A stretch of DNA of 64,000 nucleotides from Candidatus Omnitrophota bacterium. Lineage in GTDB: Bacteria; Omnitrophota; Gorgyraeia; B26-G9. Shown here piece after piece: positions 1-9,711 of this stretch. Both the position numbers and the translations under genes were made by a program. A model generated the notes under the pieces. It made no database searches. It saw nothing but the letters and a program-made list of their open reading frames with translations, and was not told the origin of the DNA. The stretch is taken from contig JAHITY010000062.1 in assembly GCA_018817165.1 (NCBI GenBank), positions 26,958-90,957 of the forward strand, in the 5' to 3' direction. The first letter of the stretch is position 1. Every line of letters begins with the position of its first letter.

Positions 1-945
1 ATTCCTCAAGACGGGAGATTTAAAGTAAGGCTTGGTGAAAAAGAAGTTGATTTTCGTGTTTCTGTTTTGCCAATAAGTTTTGGCGAAAAAGTAGTAATGC
101 GTGCTTTGGATAAAGCTAATCTTAGCATTGGTCTTGAAGCTTTAGGGTTTTTACCGCAAGCAATGGATGCTTTTGCTTACGCGGTTGCTCAGCCTTATGG
201 AATGATTTTGGTAACCGGTCCAACGGGAAGCGGAAAGTCTACCACTTTGTATTCAGTTTTAAATAAGCTTAATATCCCTGAGCGAAATTTGATTACAATT
301 GAAGATCCGGTTGAATATCAGGTTGATGGGATAACTCAGGTTCAGGTAAAAGCAGATGTTGGGCTTACTTTTGGCCAAGGACTGCGGGCAATTTTGCGTC
401 AGAATCCTGATATTCTGATGGTTGGAGAAATTCGTGATTTTGAGACAGGGGATATCGCGGTAAAAGCTGCTTTGACGGGAGCATTGCTCTTGAGCACTTT
501 ACATACTAATGATGCTCCGGGCGCGGTAACTCGAATGATCGATATGGGGATTGAGCCTTTTTTGATCGCGAGTAGTGTTATCGCGGTTGCCGCGCAGCGT
601 TTAGCGCGTTCAATTTGTAAGAACTGTAAGGAGCCTTATAAAATTCCTCAATCGGTTTTAGATCGCATGGGGCTGGTGGTGGATGCGGAAACAATTACAG
701 TATATCGCGGCAAAGGTTGTGATAATTGCGGCGGGACGGGATATAAAGGGCGTTTTGCGATTTTGGAAGTAATGGTGGTGAATGATCATATCAGAGAAAT
801 GATCATGAATCGAAATTCCAGTGATGAAATAAAACGTTATGCTCGAAAAAACGGGATGTTGACATTGCGTGATTCCGGTATTCAGAATTTTCTTAGAGGT
901 CAGACAACCTTGGAAGAAGTATTAAGAGTGACAGCTAAAGATTAA
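1..945 (+). CDS. pilB: Type IV pilus assembly ATPase PilB/GspE family, C-terminal part (5' end outside window)
   Basis: Frame is open from base 1. Walker A GPTGSGKSTTLYS, Asp box ITIEDPVEYQ, His box/RQNPDILMVGEIRD, and C-terminal tetracysteine CKNC...CDNC motif typical of GspE/PilB. Confidence 0.9.
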   Translation: MPQDGRFKVRLGEKEVDFRVSVLPISFGEKVVMRALDKANLSIGLEALGFLPQAMDAFAYAVAQPYGMILVTGPTGSGKSTTLYSVLNKLNIPERNLITIEDPVEYQVDGITQVQVKADVGLTFGQGLRAILRQNPDILMVGEIRDFETGDIAVKAALTGALLLSTLHTNDAPGAVTRMIDMGIEPFLIASSVIAVAAQRLARSICKNCKEPYKIPQSVLDRMGLVVDAETITVYRGKGCDNCGGTGYKGRFAILEVMVVNDHIREMIMNRNSSDEIKRYARKNGMLTLRDSGIQNFLRGQTTLEEVLRVTAKD

Positions 946-1047
946 ATTTTTGAAATTATTAAAATATAGTTATAAAAAAATATTTTTGTTGTATAATAAC
1001 TGTAAGTAAAATTAAAAACATCTGCTTTGATTTAATAAGGAGGAGAA

Positions 1048-2256
1048 ATGCCTTTATTTAAGTATGTCGCAAAAGATGAAGACGGCAATGCGGTTAATGA
1101 TCTGATTGAAGCAAAAGACGAAATGGTTGCTCTGGATATGCTCAGGGTTAAAAACCTGATCATTATCTCGATTACTGAACAAAAAGCCGAGAAAGTAGCC
1201 AAGGCAAAAATGGGGAGTAAAAAAATTAAACCGGAAGAGCTGGTTATTTTTTCCCGCCAGTTGGCTACAATGGTAAATGCTGGAATTCCGCTTGTGCAAA
1301 GTCTGGATATTTTAAGCGAACAGATGGAAAGTATAACTTTTAGAAATGTGGTAACCACGATCAGAAGTGATGTTGAATCAGGATCAAGTTTGTCCGCGGC
1401 TTTGGAAAAACATCCAAAAGTTTTTACTATGCTCTATACGAATATGGTAAGAGCCGGTGAAACCAGCGGTATGCTTGATGAAATTCTTGAGAGACTTGCC
1501 GGTTATTTAGAAAAAAGCGGGTCTTTGGCGCGTAAAGTAAAATCGGCAATGGTTTATCCAGCAGTTGTTTCACTGATGGCTATGGGTATTACTTTAGTCC
1601 TTTTACTTAAAGTTATTCCAACATTTAAAGAAATATTTGCTTCTTTGGGCGGAACGCTTCCCATGCCTACACAAATATTGATTAATATTTCAGATACATT
1701 ACAAGCTTATTTTATATATTGCGTTGCTGTGGTTGTTGGTTTAGGTTTTGCTGTTGCTAAGCTTGTGGAGACTCCTCAGGGTAAATTGCGTTTTGACCAG
1801 ATAAAACTTAGCTTGCCTGTTTTTGGGCCATTGCTGAGAAAAGTTGCTGTTGCCCGGTTTTCTCGAACCTTATCAACTTTGATTAGAAGCGGTGTTCCGA
1901 TTTTAGGCGCTTTGGAGATTGTGGGGAAAACATCGGGAAATGTGGTGATTGAAGCAGCGGTAGAGGGCGCTCGCGTGGGGATTCGTGAAGGTGAAAGTAT
2001 TTCTTCGCCCTTGGCAAAGAGTAAAGCTTTTCCTCCGATGGTAACAAGAATGATTTCTGTGGGAGAAGAATCTGGAGAACTGGAAAAAATGCTTACAAAA
2101 ATTGCTGATTTTTATGAAGATCAGGTTGATGCCGCGGTAAGCGGTTTGACTAGTTTGATTGAGCCATTGATTATTGCTTTTTTAGGTATTGTTGTGGGTT
2201 CAATTGTTATTGCGATGTTTTTACCGATATTCAAGATCAGCGAGCTAATTGGGTAA
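1048..2256 (+). CDS. pilC: Type IV pilus inner-membrane platform protein PilC (GspF family)
   Basis: 402 aa with two GspF-like repeats and three TM segments; AGGAGA RBS upstream; directly follows pilB. Confidence 0.9.
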   Translation: MPLFKYVAKDEDGNAVNDLIEAKDEMVALDMLRVKNLIIISITEQKAEKVAKAKMGSKKIKPEELVIFSRQLATMVNAGIPLVQSLDILSEQMESITFRNVVTTIRSDVESGSSLSAALEKHPKVFTMLYTNMVRAGETSGMLDEILERLAGYLEKSGSLARKVKSAMVYPAVVSLMAMGITLVLLLKVIPTFKEIFASLGGTLPMPTQILINISDTLQAYFIYCVAVVVGLGFAVAKLVETPQGKLRFDQIKLSLPVFGPLLRKVAVARFSRTLSTLIRSGVPILGALEIVGKTSGNVVIEAAVEGARVGIREGESISSPLAKSKAFPPMVTRMISVGEESGELEKMLTKIADFYEDQVDAAVSGLTSLIEPLIIAFLGIVVGSIVIAMFLPIFKISELIG

Positions 2257-2312
2257 ATTTATAAACTATTGATATATTTAAAGTTGTTTATGTTAAATAC
2301 TTTTAAAAAGTA

Positions 2313-2341
2313 TTGACAAATGATTGTAGCTCATGTATACT
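2313..2341 (+). promoter_or_regulatory. sigma70-like promoter (TTGACA-17 nt-TATACT) for the minor-pilin operon leader
   Basis: TTGACA at 2313-2318, 17-nt spacer, TATACT at 2336-2341; followed by a perfect 9-bp hairpin GGTAAAAAT/ATTTTTACC at 2360-2381. Confidence 0.45.
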
Positions 2342-2392
2342 TGTATTGTAGGAAAGTACAGGTAAAAATATAATTTTTACCCTTTTATCGAT

Positions 2393-2552
2393 AATGGCAA
2401 ACCCACTGAAAGGTGGGGGCGTTTCTCTGAGATTGCTTACTGGTTAATCCATCAATGAAACTTCGAATGATCTGCTAAATCATATGGGATCAGTCGGAGC
2501 AAAGCTACGGGTCTAATGGTGTTCCTTAATAGACGGCCGGGTTACCGAAATA
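2393..2552 (+). promoter_or_regulatory. c-di-GMP-I (GEMM)-like riboswitch candidate with an atypical ~75-nt insertion
   Basis: Hairpin GGCAAACC-CACU-GAAA-GGUGGG (2396-2418) resembles the GEMM P2 hairpin with GNRA tetraloop. GCAAAGCUACGGGUCUAAUGGUG (2499-2520) and CCGGGUUACCGAAAU (2537-2551) resemble the conserved P3 and 3' P1 segments recalled from the Vibrio Vc2 aptamer. Lies in the 380-nt pilC to minor-pilin spacer. Confidence 0.5.
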
Positions 2553-2577
2553 AAAAGGAAAAGCCAATGATAGCCGA

Positions 2578-2608
2578 GCTACCGAAATAAAAGGTAGGTC
2601 GGTTTTTT
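2578..2608 (+). terminator. Putative intrinsic terminator/expression platform of the leader RNA
   Basis: CTACC-GAAATAAAA-GGTAG hairpin followed by GTCGGTTTTTTGT. The motif ACCGAAATAAAA(A)GG occurs twice (2543-2557 and 2581-2594), compatible with alternative pairing. Confidence 0.4.
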
Positions 2609-2635
2609 GTCTAAAAAAGGGGAGTTGGATAATTT

Positions 2636-3106
2636 ATGCGAAGAAAAAAGGGGTTTACGCTGGTTGAAGTTTTAGTGTCTACATTAATTATGGCAATTGC
2701 GATTACTTCAACTTTACAGATTTTAATTTATTTGCTGCAGATGAATGAAGCCAATCAATCTTCAGTCACTTGTATGAATGAAGTTCAGGGGCGGATGGAT
2801 GCAATAAAAAGTGTGCTTTATGAAGATATTGTGGGTAGTTATAATCGGCTTAATTTTACGTCTGCTGAATTAACCAGTCGCGGAGTTCGGCATAGCGGAA
2901 TAATTTATGCTACTGAAATCCAGCCGCCTTTTCTGATTGATGTTAAAATAGTTGTTTGTTGGGAAAACAAAAATAGAATAATCGGTGAAGATACTAATTT
3001 GAATGGGTTGCTTGATGGCGGAGAAGATACAAATGGTAATGGGATTATTGATTCACCGACAATGATTGAAGGTACAATTTTAAATAGAGCGTATCAGGGG
3101 AGTTGA
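2636..3106 (+). CDS. Minor pilin with prepilin-type N-terminal cleavage/methylation domain
   Basis: N-terminus MRRKKG|FTLVEVLVSTLIMAIAI: class III signal peptide with Gly-1, Phe+1 and Glu+5; 156 aa. Confidence 0.8.
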   Translation: MRRKKGFTLVEVLVSTLIMAIAITSTLQILIYLLQMNEANQSSVTCMNEVQGRMDAIKSVLYEDIVGSYNRLNFTSAELTSRGVRHSGIIYATEIQPPFLIDVKIVVCWENKNRIIGEDTNLNGLLDGGEDTNGNGIIDSPTMIEGTILNRAYQGS

Positions 3107-3109
3107 AAA

Positions 3110-3754
3110 ATGTTGAAGAATAATAATGCTTATACATTGGCTGAACTTTTAGTTTCACTGGCAATTTTCAGTGTGGTTATTGGCTCATTAATGACGATCT
3201 TAATTTCCCAAAATGCTTTTTTTAGTCGGGCTTCAGCATCTGTTGAAGTCGGCGCTAATGCCCGAAAAGTAATGTCTTTGATGGTTAAAGAGCTGCGTTT
3301 GTCTAAAGTAGATCGGGTAGAGGTTTATGATAAAAATGGCAATAAGTATGATAAGGATACGCATCCAGATGGGGCGGATATTTATTTTAAGGTGCCGATA
3401 GATTGTGACAACGACGGAGATAGATTTGATGTGAATGGTAATATCGAATGGGGTTGTGAAGGCGGTTTGGAGTGGTTTATTGAATATTATTTTGACGAAG
3501 CTAATAAAAGAGTTATGCGCCGTTTATTAGACGCGTCTAAAATTGCTCAATCAGAAACTGTGATTGCGAATAATATTAGTGGTTTTTTAATTCAAGGATT
3601 TCATTATAATTTTACAAATAAAATATATGAACCAGATTCTGCGTGCAATGTTCTGCGAATAACGATTACTTCGGAAAGAGATTCTATTTCCGGGCGGATA
3701 TTAGATACTCCTTTGACTTATACTCTAACAAATCAAGTTTCATGGCGCAATTAA
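3110..3754 (+). CDS. Pilin-like protein with non-canonical prepilin leader (no Gly at -1)
   Basis: N-terminus MLKNNNA|YTLAELLVSLAIFSVVIG: a hydrophobic pilin helix with Glu at +5 only if cleavage follows Ala; 214 aa; next gene in the minor-pilin operon. Confidence 0.6.
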   Translation: MLKNNNAYTLAELLVSLAIFSVVIGSLMTILISQNAFFSRASASVEVGANARKVMSLMVKELRLSKVDRVEVYDKNGNKYDKDTHPDGADIYFKVPIDCDNDGDRFDVNGNIEWGCEGGLEWFIEYYFDEANKRVMRRLLDASKIAQSETVIANNISGFLIQGFHYNFTNKIYEPDSACNVLRITITSERDSISGRILDTPLTYTLTNQVSWRN

Positions 3755-3770
3755 CTTTAAGGAGGGGGCA

Positions 3771-6548
3771 ATGAAAATAATTATGAATAGAAAAGGAACG
3801 ATTCTTGTCGCGACTTATATGGTCTTATGCGTAATCATTGTTGTTGCCAGCTCTTTTTTTTCCATGGTGCTTACGGATAATAAAGCAGTTACCAGAAGTA
3901 ATGATGGAGCAAGAGCTTTGTCAAACGCGGAAAGAGGTATAGCTTATGCTTATTTTGAAGCCTATAATCTTGGCTGGGATTGGAAAACCCATGATTGGCA
4001 TAATGCTGCGCATAAAGTTGAACTTAAGGTAGTGCCTCCAGGCCAGCAGCTTAAAACCCGGCCGGATTGTGATTTTAATGCTGATGGTTTTTTTGTGCAT
4101 GATTCAGGTGATTTCATGATAAAAGCATATCCTGATATGACTCGGGAAAATGATACTGTAGTTGTTTCCATGGGGATTTGCGGCAAAGAGACTAAAGTAT
4201 TAATGTATTATTTAACCCGCAGGGGAATATATGATTTTTTTCTCTATACTCCGTATAATTTAGATCTTTATGCTGCTGTGGGCAATCATCCTGACTTGAA
4301 TGGCGGCGGGATTCATTCAAATGGCGATATTCATATTGATAGCGCGATGCGCCTTGAGGATATTTCTGAATTAAGTACCGGAGAAACCGGCAGAATTTAT
4401 TATGAAGGCAATCAATATATTCCACCTTATTACGCGGATCGTTTGGATGGAATTATGGATGGAAAATCCCCGATAACTAGGTTGGATAGATTGGGTGATG
4501 TATTTCGCGATGACCTTAAATTAGAAACGGGCCCTTTTGGTTATTATAATGCTTATGGTCAATGGAATTGGGATAGCGGAGCAACTTATTTTGTAAATAC
4601 ATCTATTGGTCTGCAAAATTCTTTTCAAAGCACTGAGGGGCATTTTGCCGGTTCAATATTAGATGTTTATAATGTTGCTCCAGGCAAGACGAATATTGTT
4701 AAAAATGACAGCACGGATACATTAAATTCGCAAAATTGTTGGATAAAACCATATATTCTTGATGCGGATGGTAATAAAGTTGCTACAACTTGGACGGAAA
4801 TCCCTGCGGAAATGGATACGCAATGGGAATGGGATAAATACGGTTGGAATAAATATGGCACAGTTGCCGGAGAACAGCCGGTCAGCTTTTATACCTATAA
4901 AGATGATGGAACTAGTGTGGGGGTTGCGAACACGTATTGGGAAATAAATGCCAGTAATAAAGTTGAAATGCTTGATCCGCCAATCGGCGGGACTCCGGAA
5001 CAGTGGGCGGCTTTTAATGCGGCGCATCCTAGCGCAAAGCAGTATTGGGATATGTATTCTACCCCGGAATTTTGGAATGCAACCTATGGCAATTCATCGC
5101 GTGAATACTATGCAGAGATGATCAATCCTGAAGTGCTTGATGGGACTTATGGGGATGAACGCTTAAATAATGATAGTATAATGGTTAATCATACTGATTC
5201 CTTAAAACAACCGAATGATTGGAAAAGTTTTCTTACTAAGTCAGGCTTAGATAATATCGTAAGAGATGGGAATACCGGCGGTGAGTATCTGTCACCGCCT
5301 GATTTTGATCAAACCTACTCCCGCTTAGCAGCGACTGATGGATTATTGCTCGATTTAGATTCTAGTTTTGATGGTGATTATGATGATTATGCTGAATGGC
5401 AGGCTGTGTTGGAAAAAAGTATTGATGCTGCGGTGGATAATCTGAATAAAGATACTAAACATAATGATGTGGCAAAAAAAGTTAAATTCATTAATACTTT
5501 TACCGGTGAATGGAATGTTGTTTTGGAAATTGATTTTGAGAATATGCAAAAAGAAAGCAAGTATCCGAAGAATGGGATTTTGTACACTCGCGTGCCGGTG
5601 AGAATTACCAATGCGGCCAAACTTGCTAGAGCAAAGCCCAAATACGGATTCACTATTTTAGGCGAAGAAAATGTCTATTTAAAAGGGGATTATAATACGG
5701 ATCAATGGGTAACCAGCGCGATTATTTCCAAAAAACGGATATTTACTTTATCGGATGATTTTAATGATCCCCAGGTTAAGCCGGCTTTGGAGCATTATCC
5801 TGACTATCCTTATATTTATGTTAAAAATGATGGCAGTGATAATTATGCCGAAGTTGCCAAAGGAACTGTGGGCGGACAATGGGTAATATTAGATTATTTG
5901 GATGCTGATGGATCAATTGATAAAATTGATTATTATCCGACAATTGATGATGTCAATGAAGCCAATTTGCGGGCAACAATTCTAAACAAAGAAGCGGATT
6001 ATCGCAGTGTGTTTAATAAGGATGATCCCACTGGTGCAGCAGAATCTACCTGGGTCTGGAGCGGAACCGGAGAAAGCTATACTTCCGGGATGATGCCGAA
6101 TAAAGTGCTAAATGATACAACTTATAATGCTTTGATGGCATCTAATCGCTGGTTAGAGTCGTATCAAAGTAATAAGGGGGATATTCTGGAAAATTGGTAT
6201 TATAATGACGGAACAAAAAATATTTCCAAAAAACGTAATTTAAACGGAGCTTTTTTTGTTTTAGAAAATGCGTCAGCCGGCGGTTTTGCCGCGGCAAATA
6301 ATGAATTTGTTGATTATCGCAATGAATCCGGGCTGGGGTATGATCAAAGAGGCCGTTCCCCGGGAACCGGCGATAATTATTCTTATAATCGGGGTTCTTT
6401 TCTGCGGACTTATGATGCGGCGGAATCTATTTCTTATGATGAACAGTTTAGAACTGCTACCAGAGCGCCTTCAGATGTGTTTTTTGGCGGGGCTGAGTCT
6501 TTATGGGCAGAATCAACAGAAGAGTTTTTCTATCAGATGAAATTTTAA
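3771..6548 (+). CDS. Large PilX-N-terminal-domain protein, candidate PilY1-like pilus tip/adhesin
   Basis: N-terminus MNRKGTILVATYMVLCVIIVVASSFFSMVLTDNK resembles a PilX_N helix. 925 aa, rich in W/Y/D/N/G (beta-rich). Sits in the minor-pilin operon where pilX/pilY1 normally sit. Confidence 0.5.
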   Translation: MKIIMNRKGTILVATYMVLCVIIVVASSFFSMVLTDNKAVTRSNDGARALSNAERGIAYAYFEAYNLGWDWKTHDWHNAAHKVELKVVPPGQQLKTRPDCDFNADGFFVHDSGDFMIKAYPDMTRENDTVVVSMGICGKETKVLMYYLTRRGIYDFFLYTPYNLDLYAAVGNHPDLNGGGIHSNGDIHIDSAMRLEDISELSTGETGRIYYEGNQYIPPYYADRLDGIMDGKSPITRLDRLGDVFRDDLKLETGPFGYYNAYGQWNWDSGATYFVNTSIGLQNSFQSTEGHFAGSILDVYNVAPGKTNIVKNDSTDTLNSQNCWIKPYILDADGNKVATTWTEIPAEMDTQWEWDKYGWNKYGTVAGEQPVSFYTYKDDGTSVGVANTYWEINASNKVEMLDPPIGGTPEQWAAFNAAHPSAKQYWDMYSTPEFWNATYGNSSREYYAEMINPEVLDGTYGDERLNNDSIMVNHTDSLKQPNDWKSFLTKSGLDNIVRDGNTGGEYLSPPDFDQTYSRLAATDGLLLDLDSSFDGDYDDYAEWQAVLEKSIDAAVDNLNKDTKHNDVAKKVKFINTFTGEWNVVLEIDFENMQKESKYPKNGILYTRVPVRITNAAKLARAKPKYGFTILGEENVYLKGDYNTDQWVTSAIISKKRIFTLSDDFNDPQVKPALEHYPDYPYIYVKNDGSDNYAEVAKGTVGGQWVILDYLDADGSIDKIDYYPTIDDVNEANLRATILNKEADYRSVFNKDDPTGAAESTWVWSGTGESYTSGMMPNKVLNDTTYNALMASNRWLESYQSNKGDILENWYYNDGTKNISKKRNLNGAFFVLENASAGGFAAANNEFVDYRNESGLGYDQRGRSPGTGDNYSYNRGSFLRTYDAAESISYDEQFRTATRAPSDVFFGGAESLWAESTEEFFYQMKF

Positions 6549-6582
6549 TTTTAATATTTGTGAAAATTAAATTGGGGGGAAC

Positions 6583-7005
6583 ATGGATATCAAAGTTAAA
6601 ATAACCTTGATCACAACCAGTGTTTTGCTAGTGCTGATTATTAGTACAGGTTTGTACAATACTCTTAATCCAAAAATAAGCTCTATAGTAGAGATTAAGC
6701 CGGTTATTACGCAAAGTTCGCAGAATAATGTGGCGCGGGTAAGACCTAAATTAGGGGAAAAATCAAATTTGCCGCTTAAATTAAATGATTATTATTTTCC
6801 GCAGAGAAATACTGTAAAAGCAAAAGTTGATCCTAATGGGGCTTTAAATCAAGAGGAGCAGGAAGAGGATGCTTTTTTTGAACCAGAGCAGCCGAAGCCT
6901 TTTGATATTATAGCAGACTTTGATGATGATTATGTTCAAGCTCCTGATGCAGCTGGGTCAATGGATTTAAATCCGAGCGGTGATTTGGAACCGCCTGAAG
7001 ATTAA
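6583..7005 (+). CDS. Hypothetical membrane-anchored protein with acidic C-terminus
   Basis: One N-terminal TM (ITLITTSVLLVLIISTGL) and an Asp/Glu-rich tail; no recognisable family. Confidence 0.35.
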   Translation: MDIKVKITLITTSVLLVLIISTGLYNTLNPKISSIVEIKPVITQSSQNNVARVRPKLGEKSNLPLKLNDYYFPQRNTVKAKVDPNGALNQEEQEEDAFFEPEQPKPFDIIADFDDDYVQAPDAAGSMDLNPSGDLEPPED

Positions 7006-7063
7006 GCTGTTTAGATTATTAGGATAAGAGGGGTTGATTTAATTTATAGAGGAAGAACTGAGA

Positions 7064-8350
7064 TTGACTTTTTGTTCTTCCTCTTCTATAATAGGGGCAA
7101 TGCAAGTAGACAGAAATTCAATTTATTCAGTAATTTTTTTCCGATTTGCCATTGCCACAGTGATTTTTATTGTCAATACAACGCTTTTTGGCTTAGGGCG
7201 TATTCCGGTTTATTTTATAATTACCGCTATCTATGGTCTGACAATAATGTATTCCTTGCTGACTTTAGCAAATATCTTTAATCGGAAATTTCTTTATGTT
7301 CAGATTTTTCTTGATTTGATTATGGAAACATTATTGGTTCATTATACCGGAGGGGTTAATTCGGTATTGAGCATTTTGTTTCCCTTGTCGAGTATAGCGG
7401 CGAGTATTATAATTTCTCCGGCAGCGGCAATAATTATTGCTCTTTCAGGTAGTATTATGTATGCGGGCATAGTAACCTTGGAATCTTTGAATATTTTTTC
7501 TGTGCCTGCTCTGGGAGTAAACGCGCTGGTAACTCCCAGCGATTATGTTTTTTCTTTATTGTATTTTAGGGTTACAGTATTTATTGTGATCGGCTTTTTG
7601 AGTTCATACATTGCTGATCAGCTGAGAAAACAAAATAAAGTCGTTCTATCATTACAGGAGAAACTGCGCCGAGAAGACCGTTTGTCGGCTATCGGCAAAC
7701 TTGCGGCAAGTACAGCCCATGAGATCCGTAATCCATTGGCTTCAATATCCGGCTGTGTCGAGGCTTTAAAAGATACGATTTATTTAGAAGCAAAAGATAA
7801 AAAATTGTTTGATCTTATTTTAAAAGAAACAGCGCGTTTAAATGATATTATTAATGGTTTGCTTGAATATGTCAAACCGCGAAAACTTAAACTGGAAAAA
7901 ATATCAGTGGATGAGTTGATTGATGAAGTGGTATTTTTGCTTAAAAGCAGCAAGAAATTCAATCAAAATATAATTATAAAAAAAGAAAACTCTTTGCCTG
8001 AGGTAATGATTAGCTGTGATCCCCAGCAGATAAAGCAGGTTTTGTTTAATCTTTTGATTAATGCTGTGGAAGCCGTTGATAGTCAAGGGAAAATCATAAT
8101 CAAGCAGAATGTTAAGAAAGATATTAAGGGAATTGAATTAGATATAATTGATAATGGAATCGGCATGTCCAAAGAACAATTAGGTACTCTTTTTGAACCA
8201 TTTTCCAGTGGAAAGGATCAGGGGGTTGGTTTGGGGTTGCCGATAGTAAGTACAATTATAAAGGAACATGGCGGAACTATTAATATTCAAAGTGCTTTAG
8301 GTAAAGGGACGACATTTTCTATCTTTTTACCAGAAAAAATAAAGGAATAG
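7064..8350 (+). CDS. pilS: PilS-like sensor histidine kinase (polytopic membrane N-domain, HisKA, HATPase_c)
   Basis: About 6 TM segments; H-box AASTAHEIRNPLASISG; N/G boxes DNGIGMS...GLGLPIV. Probable TTG start at 7064 (ATG at 7100 is an alternative). Confidence 0.8.
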   Translation: MTFCSSSSIIGAMQVDRNSIYSVIFFRFAIATVIFIVNTTLFGLGRIPVYFIITAIYGLTIMYSLLTLANIFNRKFLYVQIFLDLIMETLLVHYTGGVNSVLSILFPLSSIAASIIISPAAAIIIALSGSIMYAGIVTLESLNIFSVPALGVNALVTPSDYVFSLLYFRVTVFIVIGFLSSYIADQLRKQNKVVLSLQEKLRREDRLSAIGKLAASTAHEIRNPLASISGCVEALKDTIYLEAKDKKLFDLILKETARLNDIINGLLEYVKPRKLKLEKISVDELIDEVVFLLKSSKKFNQNIIIKKENSLPEVMISCDPQQIKQVLFNLLINAVEAVDSQGKIIIKQNVKKDIKGIELDIIDNGIGMSKEQLGTLFEPFSSGKDQGVGLGLPIVSTIIKEHGGTINIQSALGKGTTFSIFLPEKIKE

Positions 8351-8351
8351 T

Positions 8352-9704
8352 ATGCAGGCGAGAATACTCTTGGTTGATGATGAAAAAGATCTGCTTGAAT
8401 GGTTGAGCATTGTTTTAGAAAAAGAAGGTTATCAGATTAAATGCGCTACTTCCGGAGAAGAAGCGCTTAAGTTGTTTGCTCAAGAACAGTTTGACATGGT
8501 AATCAGCGATATTCGGATGACTCCGATCAATGGTTTAGACCTGCTTAAAAAACTCAAAGCGATAAACCCGGAAATTATCGTGCTGATGGTTACGGCTTAT
8601 GCTTCTGTTGATACAGCGGTTAAAGCTCTAAGATATGGAGCATATGATTATTTGTTTAAACCGTTTAAACTAGATGATATTAAGCTGATTATAAAGAAGG
8701 CCTTTAGCCAAAGAAGAATTTTCGCGGATGATAAAAACAGTGAGAAGAAATTAAAAGAGCGGTACCGGTTTGCGAATATTATTGGCAAAAGCGCTCCGAT
8801 GCAGAAAATATTTGATATGATTGATAAAATTGCCAAGACCAATACAACAGTTTTAATTAATGGAGAGAGCGGTACAGGAAAAGAGCTTATTGCCAAAGCG
8901 ATTCATTATAATAGTTTAAAATCGAATAAACCTTTTGTTTCGATAGATTGCGGTGCCTTGCCGGAAGAACTTTTGGAAAGTGAATTGTTTGGGCATGTAA
9001 AAGGTTCTTTTACCGGAGCTATTTCCAGCAAACAGGGATTATTTGAAGTTGCCAGCGGAGGCACATTGTTTTTAGATGAAATTGGTGAAACCTCACAGGC
9101 GATGCAGGCTAAAATGCTGCGAGCGCTTCAGGAACGGGAAATCAGAGCTGTGGGCGCGACTAAAACCATAAAAGTCGATGTCCGGGTGATTGCCGCGACA
9201 AATAGAAATTTAGAAGATGAAGTGCGCCGAGAAAATTTTCGCAAGGATCTTTTTTATCGAATAAGTGTTATTAGTTTGGGTCTCCCTAAATTAGCGCAGC
9301 GTAGAGAAGATATTGGCTTGTTGGTAAATCATTTTCTGAAAAAATATCAATTAGCCGGAAAATCAGTTAAATCAATATCCAAAGAATGCATGGATTTATT
9401 TATTCAATACTCCTGGCCTGGTAATGTTCGCGAGCTGGAGAATGCGATTGAAAGCGCGGTGGCGCTTTCTGAGTCTAATGAAATCAAAGTCAATGATCTG
9501 CCCGAGCGAATCCAGGATCAATCCTCCTCAGCCGAATCGGAAGTAGTTACAAGCGATTCTTTAAAAGGTAAGGTTGAGCAGTTTGAGAAAGAACTTATTG
9601 CTAAAACCTTAAAAGAAGTGGGTGGGAACAAAAATCTGGTGGCTAAAATCCTTAAGATGACTCGGCGCAATCTGGATTATAAAATTAAGCGCTATGAGAT
9701 ATGA
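8352..9704 (+). CDS. pilR: Sigma-54-dependent response regulator (NtrC/PilR family)
   Basis: REC domain (LLVDDE...D), AAA+ sigma-54 activator domain (GESGTGKE, GSFTGA variant of GAFTGA), C-terminal Fis-type HTH. Starts 2 nt after pilS. Confidence 0.9.
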   Translation: MQARILLVDDEKDLLEWLSIVLEKEGYQIKCATSGEEALKLFAQEQFDMVISDIRMTPINGLDLLKKLKAINPEIIVLMVTAYASVDTAVKALRYGAYDYLFKPFKLDDIKLIIKKAFSQRRIFADDKNSEKKLKERYRFANIIGKSAPMQKIFDMIDKIAKTNTTVLINGESGTGKELIAKAIHYNSLKSNKPFVSIDCGALPEELLESELFGHVKGSFTGAISSKQGLFEVASGGTLFLDEIGETSQAMQAKMLRALQEREIRAVGATKTIKVDVRVIAATNRNLEDEVRRENFRKDLFYRISVISLGLPKLAQRREDIGLLVNHFLKKYQLAGKSVKSISKECMDLFIQYSWPGNVRELENAIESAVALSESNEIKVNDLPERIQDQSSSAESEVVTSDSLKGKVEQFEKELIAKTLKEVGGNKNLVAKILKMTRRNLDYKIKRYEI

Positions 9705-9711
9705 TCTAACC

